IMG/VR virus record: IMGVR_UViG_3300028269_000003
Coordinates: 2,968-66,967 of that record
Length of the DNA stretch: 64,000 nucleotides
Strand: one strand, 5' to 3'
From: a virus
Shown: one piece after another, positions 8,642-18,591 of the stretch
Layout of the letters: every line of letters begins with the position of its first letter
Position numbering within the stretch: the stretch's first letter is position 1
Made by a program: the position numbers and the translations under genes
Notes under the pieces: model-generated
What the model was told of the DNA's origin: nothing
Seen by the model: only the letters and a program-made list of their open reading frames with translations
Database searches by the model: none

Positions 8642-9580
8642 TTATGCGTAATAAGCGCCGGGATAAGCGCCTGTTTGATTAACATCAGGATTAAATGGCG
8701 GAGTACTTACCACTGATTGATTGCCTCTACGAATGCCGTACACCAAGTTACCTAATGCAGATTGCACAGAGTTTGCGCGATTTTCGTCACGATTTAATTG
8801 TGCTTGCCATGCGTTATTAGCAGTATTCATCGCATTATTAGATGCTTGTGTAGCTGCACCGATTGCCATATTTCCTTGTGTTTGTGCCGCAGATAAACCT
8901 TGTCCTGATTGACCTGAAAGCATTTGATAAATTTGTTGTTTATTAGCGGCATCACGATTAAACGCATTTCCAAACTCATTAGATGCAAAGTCTTGATTAT
9001 AACGATTTAGCGCTTTTAAAGCTGTTCCACTATCATATCCCCCACGAGCAACCATAGCACGATTAATGCCTTTTTCGCCTTCTGCCATGCGGAAGTTATA
9101 TCCGGGGTCTTTCACAAAGTCTGCATTAGTAAACTCACGCAGAAGCCTACCATCACCCATTTTCCCTTCATTGTCTATCTTGTATTGCTCAAGACCTTTT
9201 TCCCAATCTGCCAAACGTTTTTGATAGATTTCATCGGTTTTCTGCTCAACCCAACCCATGTCTGAATTGCGACCATAGTCTTTTCCATACTTAGCGAAGT
9301 GTAATGAACGAACCTCTGCTGCCGCTTGGTCGCGAGTAGGGCGTGGCGCATAACCGCTAGTATCAATTCCTAAGTATTGAGAAAGCAGTCTGTTAGCTTC
9401 CAATCCAGTGTTTAAAAAAGGTTGCGTTTGAGCTTGTGAATTTAAAATTGATTCAGTAATTCGTTGATTTTGTAATGCGGCAGCATCTTTTGCCGCACGT
9501 TCAGCAGCTTTGCTACCGCCCATAATCCCACCCAAAACTGAACCTGCTACACTTACGCCTGTTGACCAATCAAAAGCCAT
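8642..9580 (-). CDS. DNA ejection/pilot protein (P22 gp7 position)
   Basis: Gly-rich hydrophobic N-terminus; DPGYNFRMAEG..GINR...ARGG...SG.ALKAL..Y.Q.FAS.EF motif. Confidence 0.8.
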   Translation of the reverse strand: MAFDWSTGVSVAGSVLGGIMGGSKAAERAAKDAAALQNQRITESILNSQAQTQPFLNTGLEANRLLSQYLGIDTSGYAPRPTRDQAAAEVRSLHFAKYGKDYGRNSDMGWVEQKTDEIYQKRLADWEKGLEQYKIDNEGKMGDGRLLREFTNADFVKDPGYNFRMAEGEKGINRAMVARGGYDSGTALKALNRYNQDFASNEFGNAFNRDAANKQQIYQMLSGQSGQGLSAAQTQGNMAIGAATQASNNAMNTANNAWQAQLNRDENRANSVQSALGNLVYGIRRGNQSVVSTPPFNPDVNQTGAYPGAYYA

Positions 9581-9591
9581 AATAATTTCTC

Positions 9592-9837
9592 CTAGACTAC
9601 CGTTCCGCTAGCATCAACCCACACAGATGGATTTGCTGATAATAAATAAATTGGATAACCTAAATCTGTATCAAAATACGGCCTGCCTACCCATAATCCT
9701 CTTGTTGGCCTTTGTGCCGTTGTGCCTGATTGCTGCATGGCAGTTAATGTGCCAAACAATCCAGTAAAAAACTCTTGCCAACGCAACTGAACAATATTTT
9801 CAACCTGAACTGGTGATTGGTTTGGTGGTGGATTCAT
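9592..9837 (-). CDS. small virion-associated protein
   Basis: SGTTAQRP...G.PYFDT.LG.PI...WVDASG motif; between nozzle and ejection genes. Confidence 0.65.
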   Translation of the reverse strand: MNPPPNQSPVQVENIVQLRWQEFFTGLFGTLTAMQQSGTTAQRPTRGLWVGRPYFDTDLGYPIYLLSANPSVWVDASGTVV

Positions 9838-11468
9838 GAAGAACCTTTCCGCATTTCCAATGTTGCACCAAAAATAACACGCTTAATCGGGTCTGTGATT
9901 CTAAACTTAAATACCCAATCCCTAGCTTGACCTAATCTATGCCAATTAGCGCGAGTTTTGTACTTGCCAACTTCACCCATTGACACCCATCTTTCAACGC
10001 CATAAGTGTGACCGCCATCTTTTGAAACTTGCATCATAATCTGCGGATTTGAGCCTTGCCCTGTCTGCAAACCTACGCCTGCCTCTAAATTTAACTGAAC
10101 ACTGTCACAAGTGATTCTGTCGTTGTTTTCTTCCAGATGCCTTCCTACAATTTCAAATGCAATCGGTTCGCCGTTGTCTGTGTAAGATTCAGGATTGATA
10201 GTGTAAATGTTTCCATTCTCAAAATCACTCGCCACAATTCTATTTAGATAGTTTATGCTTAATTGTGTTCTATGTCTTGTGAGATTATTACTTTCTAAAA
10301 TTGACCAGCAATTACTCAATCCATCATACAGCCATGTTCTTTCAGCAGATGGAAAATTAAGCACAAGCATTGGATGACCACCTAGCATATAAGAGTAGGC
10401 TACACAGTCGCTAACAGATGTATATCCGTTAATAATATGTTCCAATTCAGGGTTGGAAATCCTTTGTGGCAAATATCCATTCATACGCGCCACTATAACC
10501 TCGCCCATACGGTTTTTAGCAAGGTAGGCTAGTGTATTGTCATATTTAACGACTGATTGCCTAGCAGCGCATCCCCACTCATTAGCGCCACCTGAAATTC
10601 TCTCAAATGGAAAATCAAGACTTCCTGTGTTTGTCCAAAACTCTGTTGAAAGCTCACCAAATAAATGTAAGTTTCCGTTGTCAGACGCTACCACTACAAT
10701 GTCGTCAGGGTTTGATTCTGCACTAGCAAAGTCTAATGCATCCCATAAGAAACCATTGTTAATGTCAGAAATATAGAATCTTTGAGAATCAGGAGGGTTA
10801 ACAATAAAGTAACCATCTTGCCATGTAACCGTTTCAGCGCCCGGATAATCAGCATCTGTTATTTGTTGAAATTGTAAAACAGTGTAAACGCCAACAACAG
10901 AAGCCGCACCAGCAGGATTGTTTAGCATCGTATATTCAAATGTATTCAATCCTGTAACAGTAATATCAAATGTGCCGTTATAATCAGCAGAAACAGCACC
11001 TGAAACAGTAATTTGCATGCCACTAACCAATCCATGAGGCGCAGCAGTTGTCATCGTAGCAACTACTCCAACATGGGTGATGCTAGAGATAGTTTGGACT
11101 GTTGGCTGAATAAATGTGTAAATCCATCCATCAACACCATCGGTAAGCATAAGCTGGCGACCATTGTCCGCCATGTAAACTCTGCCGCTAGTCGTGTTAA
11201 TTGTGCCTTTTGATGTCTTTACACCTGAGTTATTGACTTCGTAAAACGTTCCTCTATGCACAGCATAAAAGAAATCACCTTTTTGCCATAATCCGCGTAC
11301 AGGAGTTTCACCGAAAGATGTAAACAAATCTAATCCGGGAGTGCCGTAAATTGCCACTCTTGACCTATCACCAGGAGGCTGAAACTCAAGATAGCAGTTA
11401 AGACGGTTTTGTGCAGTCACATTGACCGACTTGCCAAACATTCCAGTGCTGAATAATTCAACTTTCAT
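9834..11468 (-). CDS. tail nozzle / packaged-DNA stabilisation protein (P22 gp10-like) with inserted beta domain
   Basis: GTPGL, DGYFI, FASAESNPD, S.DGGHT..W.RLG motifs. Confidence 0.85.
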   Translation of the reverse strand: MKVELFSTGMFGKSVNVTAQNRLNCYLEFQPPGDRSRVAIYGTPGLDLFTSFGETPVRGLWQKGDFFYAVHRGTFYEVNNSGVKTSKGTINTTSGRVYMADNGRQLMLTDGVDGWIYTFIQPTVQTISSITHVGVVATMTTAAPHGLVSGMQITVSGAVSADYNGTFDITVTGLNTFEYTMLNNPAGAASVVGVYTVLQFQQITDADYPGAETVTWQDGYFIVNPPDSQRFYISDINNGFLWDALDFASAESNPDDIVVVASDNGNLHLFGELSTEFWTNTGSLDFPFERISGGANEWGCAARQSVVKYDNTLAYLAKNRMGEVIVARMNGYLPQRISNPELEHIINGYTSVSDCVAYSYMLGGHPMLVLNFPSAERTWLYDGLSNCWSILESNNLTRHRTQLSINYLNRIVASDFENGNIYTINPESYTDNGEPIAFEIVGRHLEENNDRITCDSVQLNLEAGVGLQTGQGSNPQIMMQVSKDGGHTYGVERWVSMGEVGKYKTRANWHRLGQARDWVFKFRITDPIKRVIFGATLEMRKGSS

Positions 11469-12166
11469 TAATACTCACCACGATTAGAATAACCGTAAAT
11501 TCCTGTTAAATGTCCGACCTCTGTTTTCATGACAGGGTCAGGCAAGTTTCTATTTCTTACGTTAGCTTTGGCCTCTGCTGTAATAGCTATTGCCTCTGGC
11601 GACATTTTCATGCCATATTCAGGCGCAATTTCCATCGCTAAACCATAATTTAACAACCTGTTATAGCCGGGCGGGAAAGTGTATTGCGTAGTCAAATTAG
11701 CAAAGCTAGTTAATTGTTGTGTTCTGCCGATACTGATAGTCAAATCTGATTGTGGCGCACCATATAGATAAATAGTAGCCAAAGGATAAGCGTAATCACA
11801 ATAGAAGTAATTAGGGATTCCTGATTCATTGGCTTTATATGCGATATAAGCATAGTCTTGCGAATTAATCTCTTGAAGCGGATAACTCACGCCATTAAGG
11901 TTAACTACTACATGGTCAATAATAACAGGTCTAACCGTGTCAAAATCACCTCCTACGCCTATTGTGTACGTATAAACGCTATTAACTAGCGGAAATGTTT
12001 CGGTTTCAATAGTAAATATATAGGTTTGGTCTGTTGTCCATGAGTCCAACATATCATTTAAAGACACTAAGCCATCAGATGCTTGCTCTGCCGTTGGAGT
12101 TTCGCTTTCCCCCAAAACCCCTGCTATTTTTAAAGCCTTAGTGATAATTTGCGTAGCTGATGGCAT
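11468..12166 (-). CDS. head-to-tail adaptor (P22 gp4-like)
   Basis: II..AL...GVL...ETP...DGL..LNDMLDSW and PPGY...L.Y.LA.EIAPEYG motifs. Confidence 0.8.
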   Translation of the reverse strand: MPSATQIITKALKIAGVLGESETPTAEQASDGLVSLNDMLDSWTTDQTYIFTIETETFPLVNSVYTYTIGVGGDFDTVRPVIIDHVVVNLNGVSYPLQEINSQDYAYIAYKANESGIPNYFYCDYAYPLATIYLYGAPQSDLTISIGRTQQLTSFANLTTQYTFPPGYNRLLNYGLAMEIAPEYGMKMSPEAIAITAEAKANVRNRNLPDPVMKTEVGHLTGIYGYSNRGEY

Positions 12167-12192
12167 TTTGCATCCTTTCAATAAACTTTATG

Positions 12193-12216
12193 CTAACCCC
12201 TCTTGCGAAGGGCTAG
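12193..12216 (-). terminator. hairpin after the coat/decoration genes
   Basis: CTAGCCCTTC-GCAA-GAGGGGTTAG on the - strand; weak U-tail. Confidence 0.45.
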
Positions 12217-12223
12217 TTAAAAC

Positions 12224-12622
12224 TTACTGAGCTGGAACTGAGCCGATTGTTGGGATAATTGCCCAATCAACTAAAGTAATGGCAGTGGCAGCAGCCGTAC
12301 CATAAATAGTTACAGAGCCATCAGCAGTTACCACACGTTCAACACGCAACAAAGTGCCATCAGCGGCAGCTTGAGCTACGCAAGCCCAAACTTTACTGTT
12401 GGCCTTAATCAAGTCGTTAGTAATCACTACTGAGCTTGCGCCGATAGGGATTGCTGCCGTACCTGAATAAGTATTGCATGTTTGAGCGCCAGTTGTAACA
12501 GACCCTACTGTGCTTGCAACAGCCAACCCTTGTGCAACCAATGCAGATTCTAGTTCTGCTGAGAACTCTCGAATAGAGCCGGCAACGTTGCCAGCATACG
12601 CTTTTAATAATTGAACAGCCAT
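12224..12622 (-). CDS. putative capsid decoration protein
   Basis: Ala/Val/Thr-rich 132 aa directly after coat, strong AAGGAAA RBS. Confidence 0.6.
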   Translation of the reverse strand: MAVQLLKAYAGNVAGSIREFSAELESALVAQGLAVASTVGSVTTGAQTCNTYSGTAAIPIGASSVVITNDLIKANSKVWACVAQAAADGTLLRVERVVTADGSVTIYGTAAATAITLVDWAIIPTIGSVPAQ

Positions 12623-12663
12623 GATATTTCCTTTATGAATAGCCCAAATTCATGGGCTGTATG

Positions 12664-13878
12664 TTAAACAGTGTAATATTTGCAGGACAGTTCTGGATAA
12701 GTAGCAGCCCAACCAAACAATACGTCAAAGCGCATGCCCATTACATCGTTTTTAGGGTCGTAGTACTCAGTCACTTTAACTGTCATGCCATCTTCTGTGC
12801 GTTGCGATACTGAAACATTGCCTTTTCCAGAAGGTGGCGCAAACATCGGAACCATAGCCAAGGTAAACGCATCTTTATGATACGCAACGTTAGTTGCATA
12901 AGATGTTGAAGCATTGCCGATAATCACATATGGCTGACCTGTTGTAGGCGATGCTGTAACGTTTTGGAAAGCGCCACTCGTTACAATCGCTGGACTGATT
13001 GGAATAGAGGTAGCACCTTGAGCAACGTCAGCAGTTACCACAAAGTTAGCTGCTTGACCTGTTGATTGACGAGATTGTGGGTTAACCGCAAATACGCCCG
13101 GCAATGTAATTACAGTGCCTTTAGTCAATGTGCCACCAGCAACAGCAACAACAGTAATGCTTGAGCCTGTTTGGTTAGCACCTGAAATGTTAGTGGCAGT
13201 TGCCGCACCATTGGTATGAACATCAACGTTTTGATCCATGGCTGATTTAAAGCCAAATGAATCACTTAACATGCCTGTGTCATATTGGCTTGAAATTTTA
13301 GATGGGTTGTTGAAGAATCCACCGAAACCTTGAACCAAAGCAGCATTAAAGGCAGGGTTAGCAACTACGGTACGGCTGTTTCGCTCACGGCCTGCGCCCA
13401 TTTCATCTAAACGCTGAGCCAAGCCTGTCATAGCGCCAATAGCAAGTGCTTGAGTATTAGGCAAAGCGCCTGTTGCGTTCAAAGTGTTATAGGTTGAGTA
13501 GTGAGCCAAAGCCAAGCCCTGACGGTCAATCTCGTTGGTGATTGGTGCAATTGCAGCCATAACTTTATCTTCAAGGCGAGTAACAGACAATGTGCGCTCC
13601 AAGCTAGTGAAGGCAATATCGTTACCACCTTGTGACAATGTCAGCGGAACTGTTTGTTCTACGGTTGCTTGTGGTTCAGCTACACGACCTGCACGATATG
13701 TGTAGCGAGGGGGCTTACGAATGTTAATGGTTTGACCGGGCGCATAACCTCGACTCATGTTGTCGGTGAATTCATCTTCCCAATCGCGATTAACGTTCTT
13801 GGCAAAACCCAAGTTGTTTTTGATAATAGCAAGTGCCATTTTTGACACAATACTGGTGGTGGCTAATACGTTTGACAT
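12664..13878 (-). CDS. major capsid protein (P22 coat family)
   Basis: G.TINIRKP, GVFAVNPQSRQSTG..ANFVV, AYHKDAFTLA, RFDVLFGWA motifs; follows scaffold. Confidence 0.92.
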   Translation of the reverse strand: MSNVLATTSIVSKMALAIIKNNLGFAKNVNRDWEDEFTDNMSRGYAPGQTINIRKPPRYTYRAGRVAEPQATVEQTVPLTLSQGGNDIAFTSLERTLSVTRLEDKVMAAIAPITNEIDRQGLALAHYSTYNTLNATGALPNTQALAIGAMTGLAQRLDEMGAGRERNSRTVVANPAFNAALVQGFGGFFNNPSKISSQYDTGMLSDSFGFKSAMDQNVDVHTNGAATATNISGANQTGSSITVVAVAGGTLTKGTVITLPGVFAVNPQSRQSTGQAANFVVTADVAQGATSIPISPAIVTSGAFQNVTASPTTGQPYVIIGNASTSYATNVAYHKDAFTLAMVPMFAPPSGKGNVSVSQRTEDGMTVKVTEYYDPKNDVMGMRFDVLFGWAATYPELSCKYYTV

Positions 13879-13893
13879 ATCAATTCCTTTAAA

Positions 13894-14721
13894 TTAAAGC
13901 CACTTTGCCCCTCGTTTACGTGCTTCAGCTTCATATTCTTCGATGCTCATGTCTTCTAGCTTCTTAGTAAAGTCTTTGCTTCCGTTAACAGGGTTAATCG
14001 GTGGCGGTGCATTTGATTTAATGACTGGCTTTTTAGCGGATAATTTATCCTCAAGTTTTCCAATCTCTTTAGCTTGTGCATAAGGTGACAGTTTAGAAAT
14101 GCGCTCCGCTTCTGCTGTGTCTTTAGCCAAGTGATACACCAAGTCAGAGGATATGTCACTTTCAAGAATAGCAAGGTAAGCAGGTTCTGCAATTTGCAAT
14201 TTGCTTGCACTTACGACTTCATGAAAGTCATCATATTTACTTTCGCCTTCATCCAATAAGGCATGACGACGCTCTGTTTGTCTTTCAATTTCGCTTTTTT
14301 GTTGATTTTCAATTTCAGCGCGTTTTTTGTTTTCTTCAATCTGAATAACTTTTTGTTCAGCTTTAAAGTCTGCAAGCGCTTCTAAATAATCATCATAGTT
14401 AGCAAAATTGTCAGATACTGGCTTTTCGCTTGGTTTGTCAACTTGAGCAGGTTTAGCTGGTTCAGCTTGCCTTTCTCGTAACTGGCGTTCCATTTTGCGT
14501 TCAAGCTTAGTAATTCTTTTTTGAACAATTTCATCAAGCTCGGCTTGAGTAAATGTCTTTTCAGCCTTGTTTTCATCAGAGGGCTTCTCTGCTTCCTCTA
14601 CCTTTTCAGGGATAGATGCCTGTTCTTCTGCTTTAACTTGTTCAGTTTCGGCAGGTTTGTCTGTTGCTTTGTTTTCAGCTTCATTCAAAGCGATAATTTC
14701 ATCTTGCAATGATTGTTCCAT
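13894..14721 (-). CDS. scaffolding protein
   Basis: acidic N-terminus, KTFTQAELDEIVQKR, C-terminal APPPI.PV...MS.EEY coat-binding-type tail. Confidence 0.85.
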   Translation of the reverse strand: MEQSLQDEIIALNEAENKATDKPAETEQVKAEEQASIPEKVEEAEKPSDENKAEKTFTQAELDEIVQKRITKLERKMERQLRERQAEPAKPAQVDKPSEKPVSDNFANYDDYLEALADFKAEQKVIQIEENKKRAEIENQQKSEIERQTERRHALLDEGESKYDDFHEVVSASKLQIAEPAYLAILESDISSDLVYHLAKDTAEAERISKLSPYAQAKEIGKLEDKLSAKKPVIKSNAPPPINPVNGSKDFTKKLEDMSIEEYEAEARKRGAKWL

Positions 14722-14785
14722 TACATATCTCCATTACGGACTCGGTGTAACTCGCCGATAAGTTTTACTTATAATACAACTACTT

Positions 14786-15118
14786 TTAATTAATTTCTAT
14801 ATCTTGTTCAATATTTTCACGAATAATGCTTTCGCAAAATAACTTACATTCCTCTAATGTTGGTGGTGTAAATCGTTTCCATCTAATCGCATAATCAGAA
14901 AGTAAAGTTTCATATAATATTTCAGGATTATCCATCATATATTCTGCTTGCGCTTTAAATGCGCTAGTGCATGGCGTTGTAACGTTAATCGTTCCGTCAC
15001 CTAAGTTAGTAAATGAATCTGCGCCACCTAAATCAGGGTCAAGTCCACGCCCAATTTTAGAAGCAATAGTTTTTAACGTTGATGGAACAGTGATGCTTAT
15101 CTGTGAATCGTAGCTCAT
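14786..15118 (-). CDS. hypothetical protein
   Basis: 110-aa ORF coupled to the upstream gene (TAATG). Confidence 0.65.
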   Translation of the reverse strand: MSYDSQISITVPSTLKTIASKIGRGLDPDLGGADSFTNLGDGTINVTTPCTSAFKAQAEYMMDNPEILYETLLSDYAIRWKRFTPPTLEECKLFCESIIRENIEQDIEIN

Positions 15119-16179
15119 TAGAAGCCTCTTAAACTATTGGCAAACTGCTGCATAATAACTGTTTCGCTAGCGGTTAATCCTGTGCGGAAAATAAATCTTC
15201 CATAGGTATCAACAGAAGTTCCAATGCTGTACGTGCCAACGATGTTCTGCGCTGTTTGCGTGACTGTTCCCGTAGAGCGCGAATCAATAATCGTGGCTGA
15301 CTCATAGCCAGCAGGGAACGTTCCAGACAGTAAGTCTGTGCTGTCAAATACCCAGTGATAGTTTCCTACGCCATTAGATGCCTGTGCCGCTACGGTTCTA
15401 ACGTACGTAGATAGTGAGATTCCAGTTTGAAGCATAGCGCCCCAAACATAAATGCCAGACGTTCCATCGCCAAGATATAAACCATTGGTCGCAGTAGAAA
15501 ATATTGCTATTTGTGGGTTAGAAACCACGCTTGTGGTTGTGGTGTATGTCATTGACACGCGCCACCACCCATCACCAACATCAGTTGCGCTAGAGCTTGT
15601 GACGTTAGTCGCGCCAGTAATCTGCCCTGTTGTCAGGTTTACGACAATTCTTGGCTCCGGCACCACTGATAGATGTTTCAATTCTGCGAAGTTACGACCA
15701 GCCGCTTTTATGTACGCGGAATACGTATAGGTGTTTGCTTGTGCAACATAAGACTGAAATGTTCTGTGCTGTGAGTTTGCGGTATCTTCAACGAGCTTGT
15801 CAGCGGTCAATGTTCCATCAGGCGCGATAATTGCATTGGCAGATACTGTTGAGCCTGACTTAGTCCAGCTTGCATTATCAAACTCTTCGGAGCGAAGCAA
15901 TAAGTTAACCGCACCTTTACGAAGAAACGGCTTATTTGCAGTCGTAGCTTGCGTCAGGTCTATTGTGCTAGTTGCATCATCAACCTTGCCAACAAGCCCG
16001 TCTTTAGTCGCTGGAATCGTTCCTGCTGAATCTTCCCAGTTACCAGCTACAAGTCCGCTTACAGTTCCAATGCCCGGAATGTATGAGTGAGCATCAGCGC
16101 CGTAACTTTGAAGGATAAGAAGCGCTTGCCTCTGAATGGCATTGCCTGAAAACCTTCTTAATCCAACGTCTACAATCAT
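15118..16179 (-). CDS. virion accessory protein with jelly-roll/head-spike-type domain
   Basis: NLLLRSEEFDNASW...APDGTLTADKL...GDGWWRVS...SGIYVWGAML signature. Confidence 0.65.
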   Translation of the reverse strand: MIVDVGLRRFSGNAIQRQALLILQSYGADAHSYIPGIGTVSGLVAGNWEDSAGTIPATKDGLVGKVDDATSTIDLTQATTANKPFLRKGAVNLLLRSEEFDNASWTKSGSTVSANAIIAPDGTLTADKLVEDTANSQHRTFQSYVAQANTYTYSAYIKAAGRNFAELKHLSVVPEPRIVVNLTTGQITGATNVTSSSATDVGDGWWRVSMTYTTTTSVVSNPQIAIFSTATNGLYLGDGTSGIYVWGAMLQTGISLSTYVRTVAAQASNGVGNYHWVFDSTDLLSGTFPAGYESATIIDSRSTGTVTQTAQNIVGTYSIGTSVDTYGRFIFRTGLTASETVIMQQFANSLRGF

Positions 16180-16466
16180 GATATAAACGGCATAATGTAA
16201 AGAGTGCCACCAGATGCAACTTGAATTGCGCTAACAAATCCGCTTGGTGGAATGTATAAATACTCAGCTTGAAAAGCTGGCACATACATACTTGCTGTTG
16301 TTGCTAAAGTTCCAGTAGAAGAAATCTCAACAAAGCAGTCAGTAGTAGATAAAATCCTAACGCATGAGCATGTAGGAATTGCGCTAGATACAGCAGCCGT
16401 TCCTGTATAAGCTAAGGTTATCCCTGCCAATGGTTTGGGTTGTCCGTAGGTGTCATTCTGGTTCAT
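16176..16466 (-). CDS. small beta-rich virion protein
   Basis: VRILSTTDCFV...SAIQVASGGTLYI; start 16466 overlaps the portal stop. Confidence 0.65.
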   Translation of the reverse strand: MNQNDTYGQPKPLAGITLAYTGTAAVSSAIPTCSCVRILSTTDCFVEISSTGTLATTASMYVPAFQAEYLYIPPSGFVSAIQVASGGTLYIMPFIS

Positions 16467-18591
16467 AATCTTCGCCTTTTTCAACTTTATTTTCAATAAT
16501 TAATGCTAAAGCCTGCTCAATCATGTCAAGTCGTGATAAGGCTTCGTTAAACTGCTCGGTCGTGTTTTGTTGCGCTTCCATTGCCACTTTAATGCGGTCA
16601 GTTTCAGCTCTATATCGGTCAATTTCAATTTTATCTCTATCTAAAGCTAACTTAGCCTCAGTTTCAAACCCTTTATTTTGCGCTTCAGTAAGCGCTTGTT
16701 CGCGTTCTTGAATAGCGATTGATGCTTGCTCTAGCTGATTCTGCAAGTCATTAATCATTTCAGTGGCTTGAATTTTAACTTGCTCTGCTTGCTGCATTAC
16801 AGCTTGGACTTGAGGATTGTTTTCTCCATTTTCATCGTCTTTTAATTCAGGAGGCTGTATTTTCTTCAGTCGCTCTGCCACTTCTTCCGCATAAGGCACA
16901 TCAAGCGATTTAAACAGCAAATCACCGATAACAGGCATCAGGTTAGGATTAGACTGCGCCAATGTCGTTAGGAACTCTGCGCCTTCTTCACGTTTAGTCG
17001 CAAAACTTGCGCCACTTGTAGCTATTACATCATATTTACCCACGCCAAGATTGTAGATTTTATTAACTTCATTTTGTTCATCGCGATATTCTTTAACCGC
17101 TTCTGGTTGCGTTGGGTCAATTTTAGCAAACTCTTGACTGCCATCTTCACCCAAAATACGAATCACTCGCTGAGTATCGTAATATTTAGGGATGATTTCA
17201 ACAATGATTCTACCAGCATGAGCAACAGATTTAGCTAAATTATCAGGAAAGTGAAAAGTAGCAATATCACCTTGTTGTCTTTGAGCATTTAAAGCTCTAC
17301 CTGATTTAGCGTTACTGTCTTGACCTAATGAGGCTTGATACATGCCTAAGCCAGCTTGAATATCATGTTCGCTAGTTTGAATGTCTTGCAAAAGTCCAGA
17401 AGGAACGCCAGCAAATCCTTGACGTTGCGGAGGAGGCGCTAATTGTCCATTAGTGGTTACAGGGTCGTATTCAAGATAAGCGTAGTTTACGCGGTTAGCA
17501 GATGCCCAACGTTTTGAGGTAGATTTAAACTGCCCAGTCGCCCCAATGAATGGTGCTTTAACTGTTAACGCTAAAGATTCAGCAATCGTTGAACGGTTAT
17601 AATTGTACATTCTTTGTGGGTCTTTAGCGCCTCTAACGATGCCGCGCCACCACATACGACCATCAACAACTGTCACGATGCCAAACACAGGGATAACTGG
17701 AATGTATGAACTTGCAAAAATGCTCTCTTCTAAGATTTCAGCGCCTGAAAGTTTAGCCCAGCGCACAATCTTACGATGACAATCACGCCTGTCAATAATG
17801 ATAGGTGCGTCTAACGCATCTTTGTATTTCTCTTCGTACTCGCTTAAATAAATTGAGTCACCTGATTCTGTAAGCAATAAAACATCTTTTTCATAATCAC
17901 AGTAGAAATATTCAGCAAGCCTTACTTCTTCTTCTGTCACCCAAGTATTAGTATCGCCAGCAGAGCTAGCCCATTCGCATGGGTCAGCATCAGGGTACAT
18001 TTTTTTAAAGGCTTTGCGGCTTACCATTTCAGTGATTAGACACTCTTTTTGGTCGCTTCCGTCTATTTCGTAGCTGTCAGGGTCGCGATACACGCTAAAT
18101 CTGTTGGGGATTTTTTTAATCTTGATTTCTTGCTGGAATGTACCGTTTACATATTCAGTGACAATACGAAAGAATCCGACTCCGCTATCAACTGAACCTT
18201 CACTTGCCCAATCATAAGCCAAGTCAGCGTTACTTTCGCTTTCGATATGACGGATAATGCCGTTCATCACTTCTGCTACTTCTACATCTGCTTTGTCATC
18301 AACAGGGCGAACCTTGATTGATGGGGAGTTCATGCGAATGGAGTTTACAATTTGATTTTTGTATTGATTGACTTTATCAACGGTGAGGCAAGGTCTTGCG
18401 CCTTGAGGGTCACTCTCTCGGATTTTTCGGATGTCATCAGGCCATTGCTCTAACAACCCAACAAAGCGAATGTCGTCTAGCTCTTCGGCTCGTTGCGCTG
18501 ATTCGTAGGCTTGCCCACGTTCAAAAAACGCTTTAGCACGAGCCAAAACGTCATCTTTACGGTTCTTTTCTTCTTTATCTTGCTTTTTCAT
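16453..18591 (-). CDS. portal protein (P22-like)
   Basis: RPCLTV.K, G.G.FRI..EY, KDPQRMYNY, IP..YDT.RV.RILGEDG, GKYDV....G motifs; C-terminal coiled-coil barrel. Confidence 0.93.
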   Translation of the reverse strand: MKKQDKEEKNRKDDVLARAKAFFERGQAYESAQRAEELDDIRFVGLLEQWPDDIRKIRESDPQGARPCLTVDKVNQYKNQIVNSIRMNSPSIKVRPVDDKADVEVAEVMNGIIRHIESESNADLAYDWASEGSVDSGVGFFRIVTEYVNGTFQQEIKIKKIPNRFSVYRDPDSYEIDGSDQKECLITEMVSRKAFKKMYPDADPCEWASSAGDTNTWVTEEEVRLAEYFYCDYEKDVLLLTESGDSIYLSEYEEKYKDALDAPIIIDRRDCHRKIVRWAKLSGAEILEESIFASSYIPVIPVFGIVTVVDGRMWWRGIVRGAKDPQRMYNYNRSTIAESLALTVKAPFIGATGQFKSTSKRWASANRVNYAYLEYDPVTTNGQLAPPPQRQGFAGVPSGLLQDIQTSEHDIQAGLGMYQASLGQDSNAKSGRALNAQRQQGDIATFHFPDNLAKSVAHAGRIIVEIIPKYYDTQRVIRILGEDGSQEFAKIDPTQPEAVKEYRDEQNEVNKIYNLGVGKYDVIATSGASFATKREEGAEFLTTLAQSNPNLMPVIGDLLFKSLDVPYAEEVAERLKKIQPPELKDDENGENNPQVQAVMQQAEQVKIQATEMINDLQNQLEQASIAIQEREQALTEAQNKGFETEAKLALDRDKIEIDRYRAETDRIKVAMEAQQNTTEQFNEALSRLDMIEQALALIIENKVEKGEDYEPE

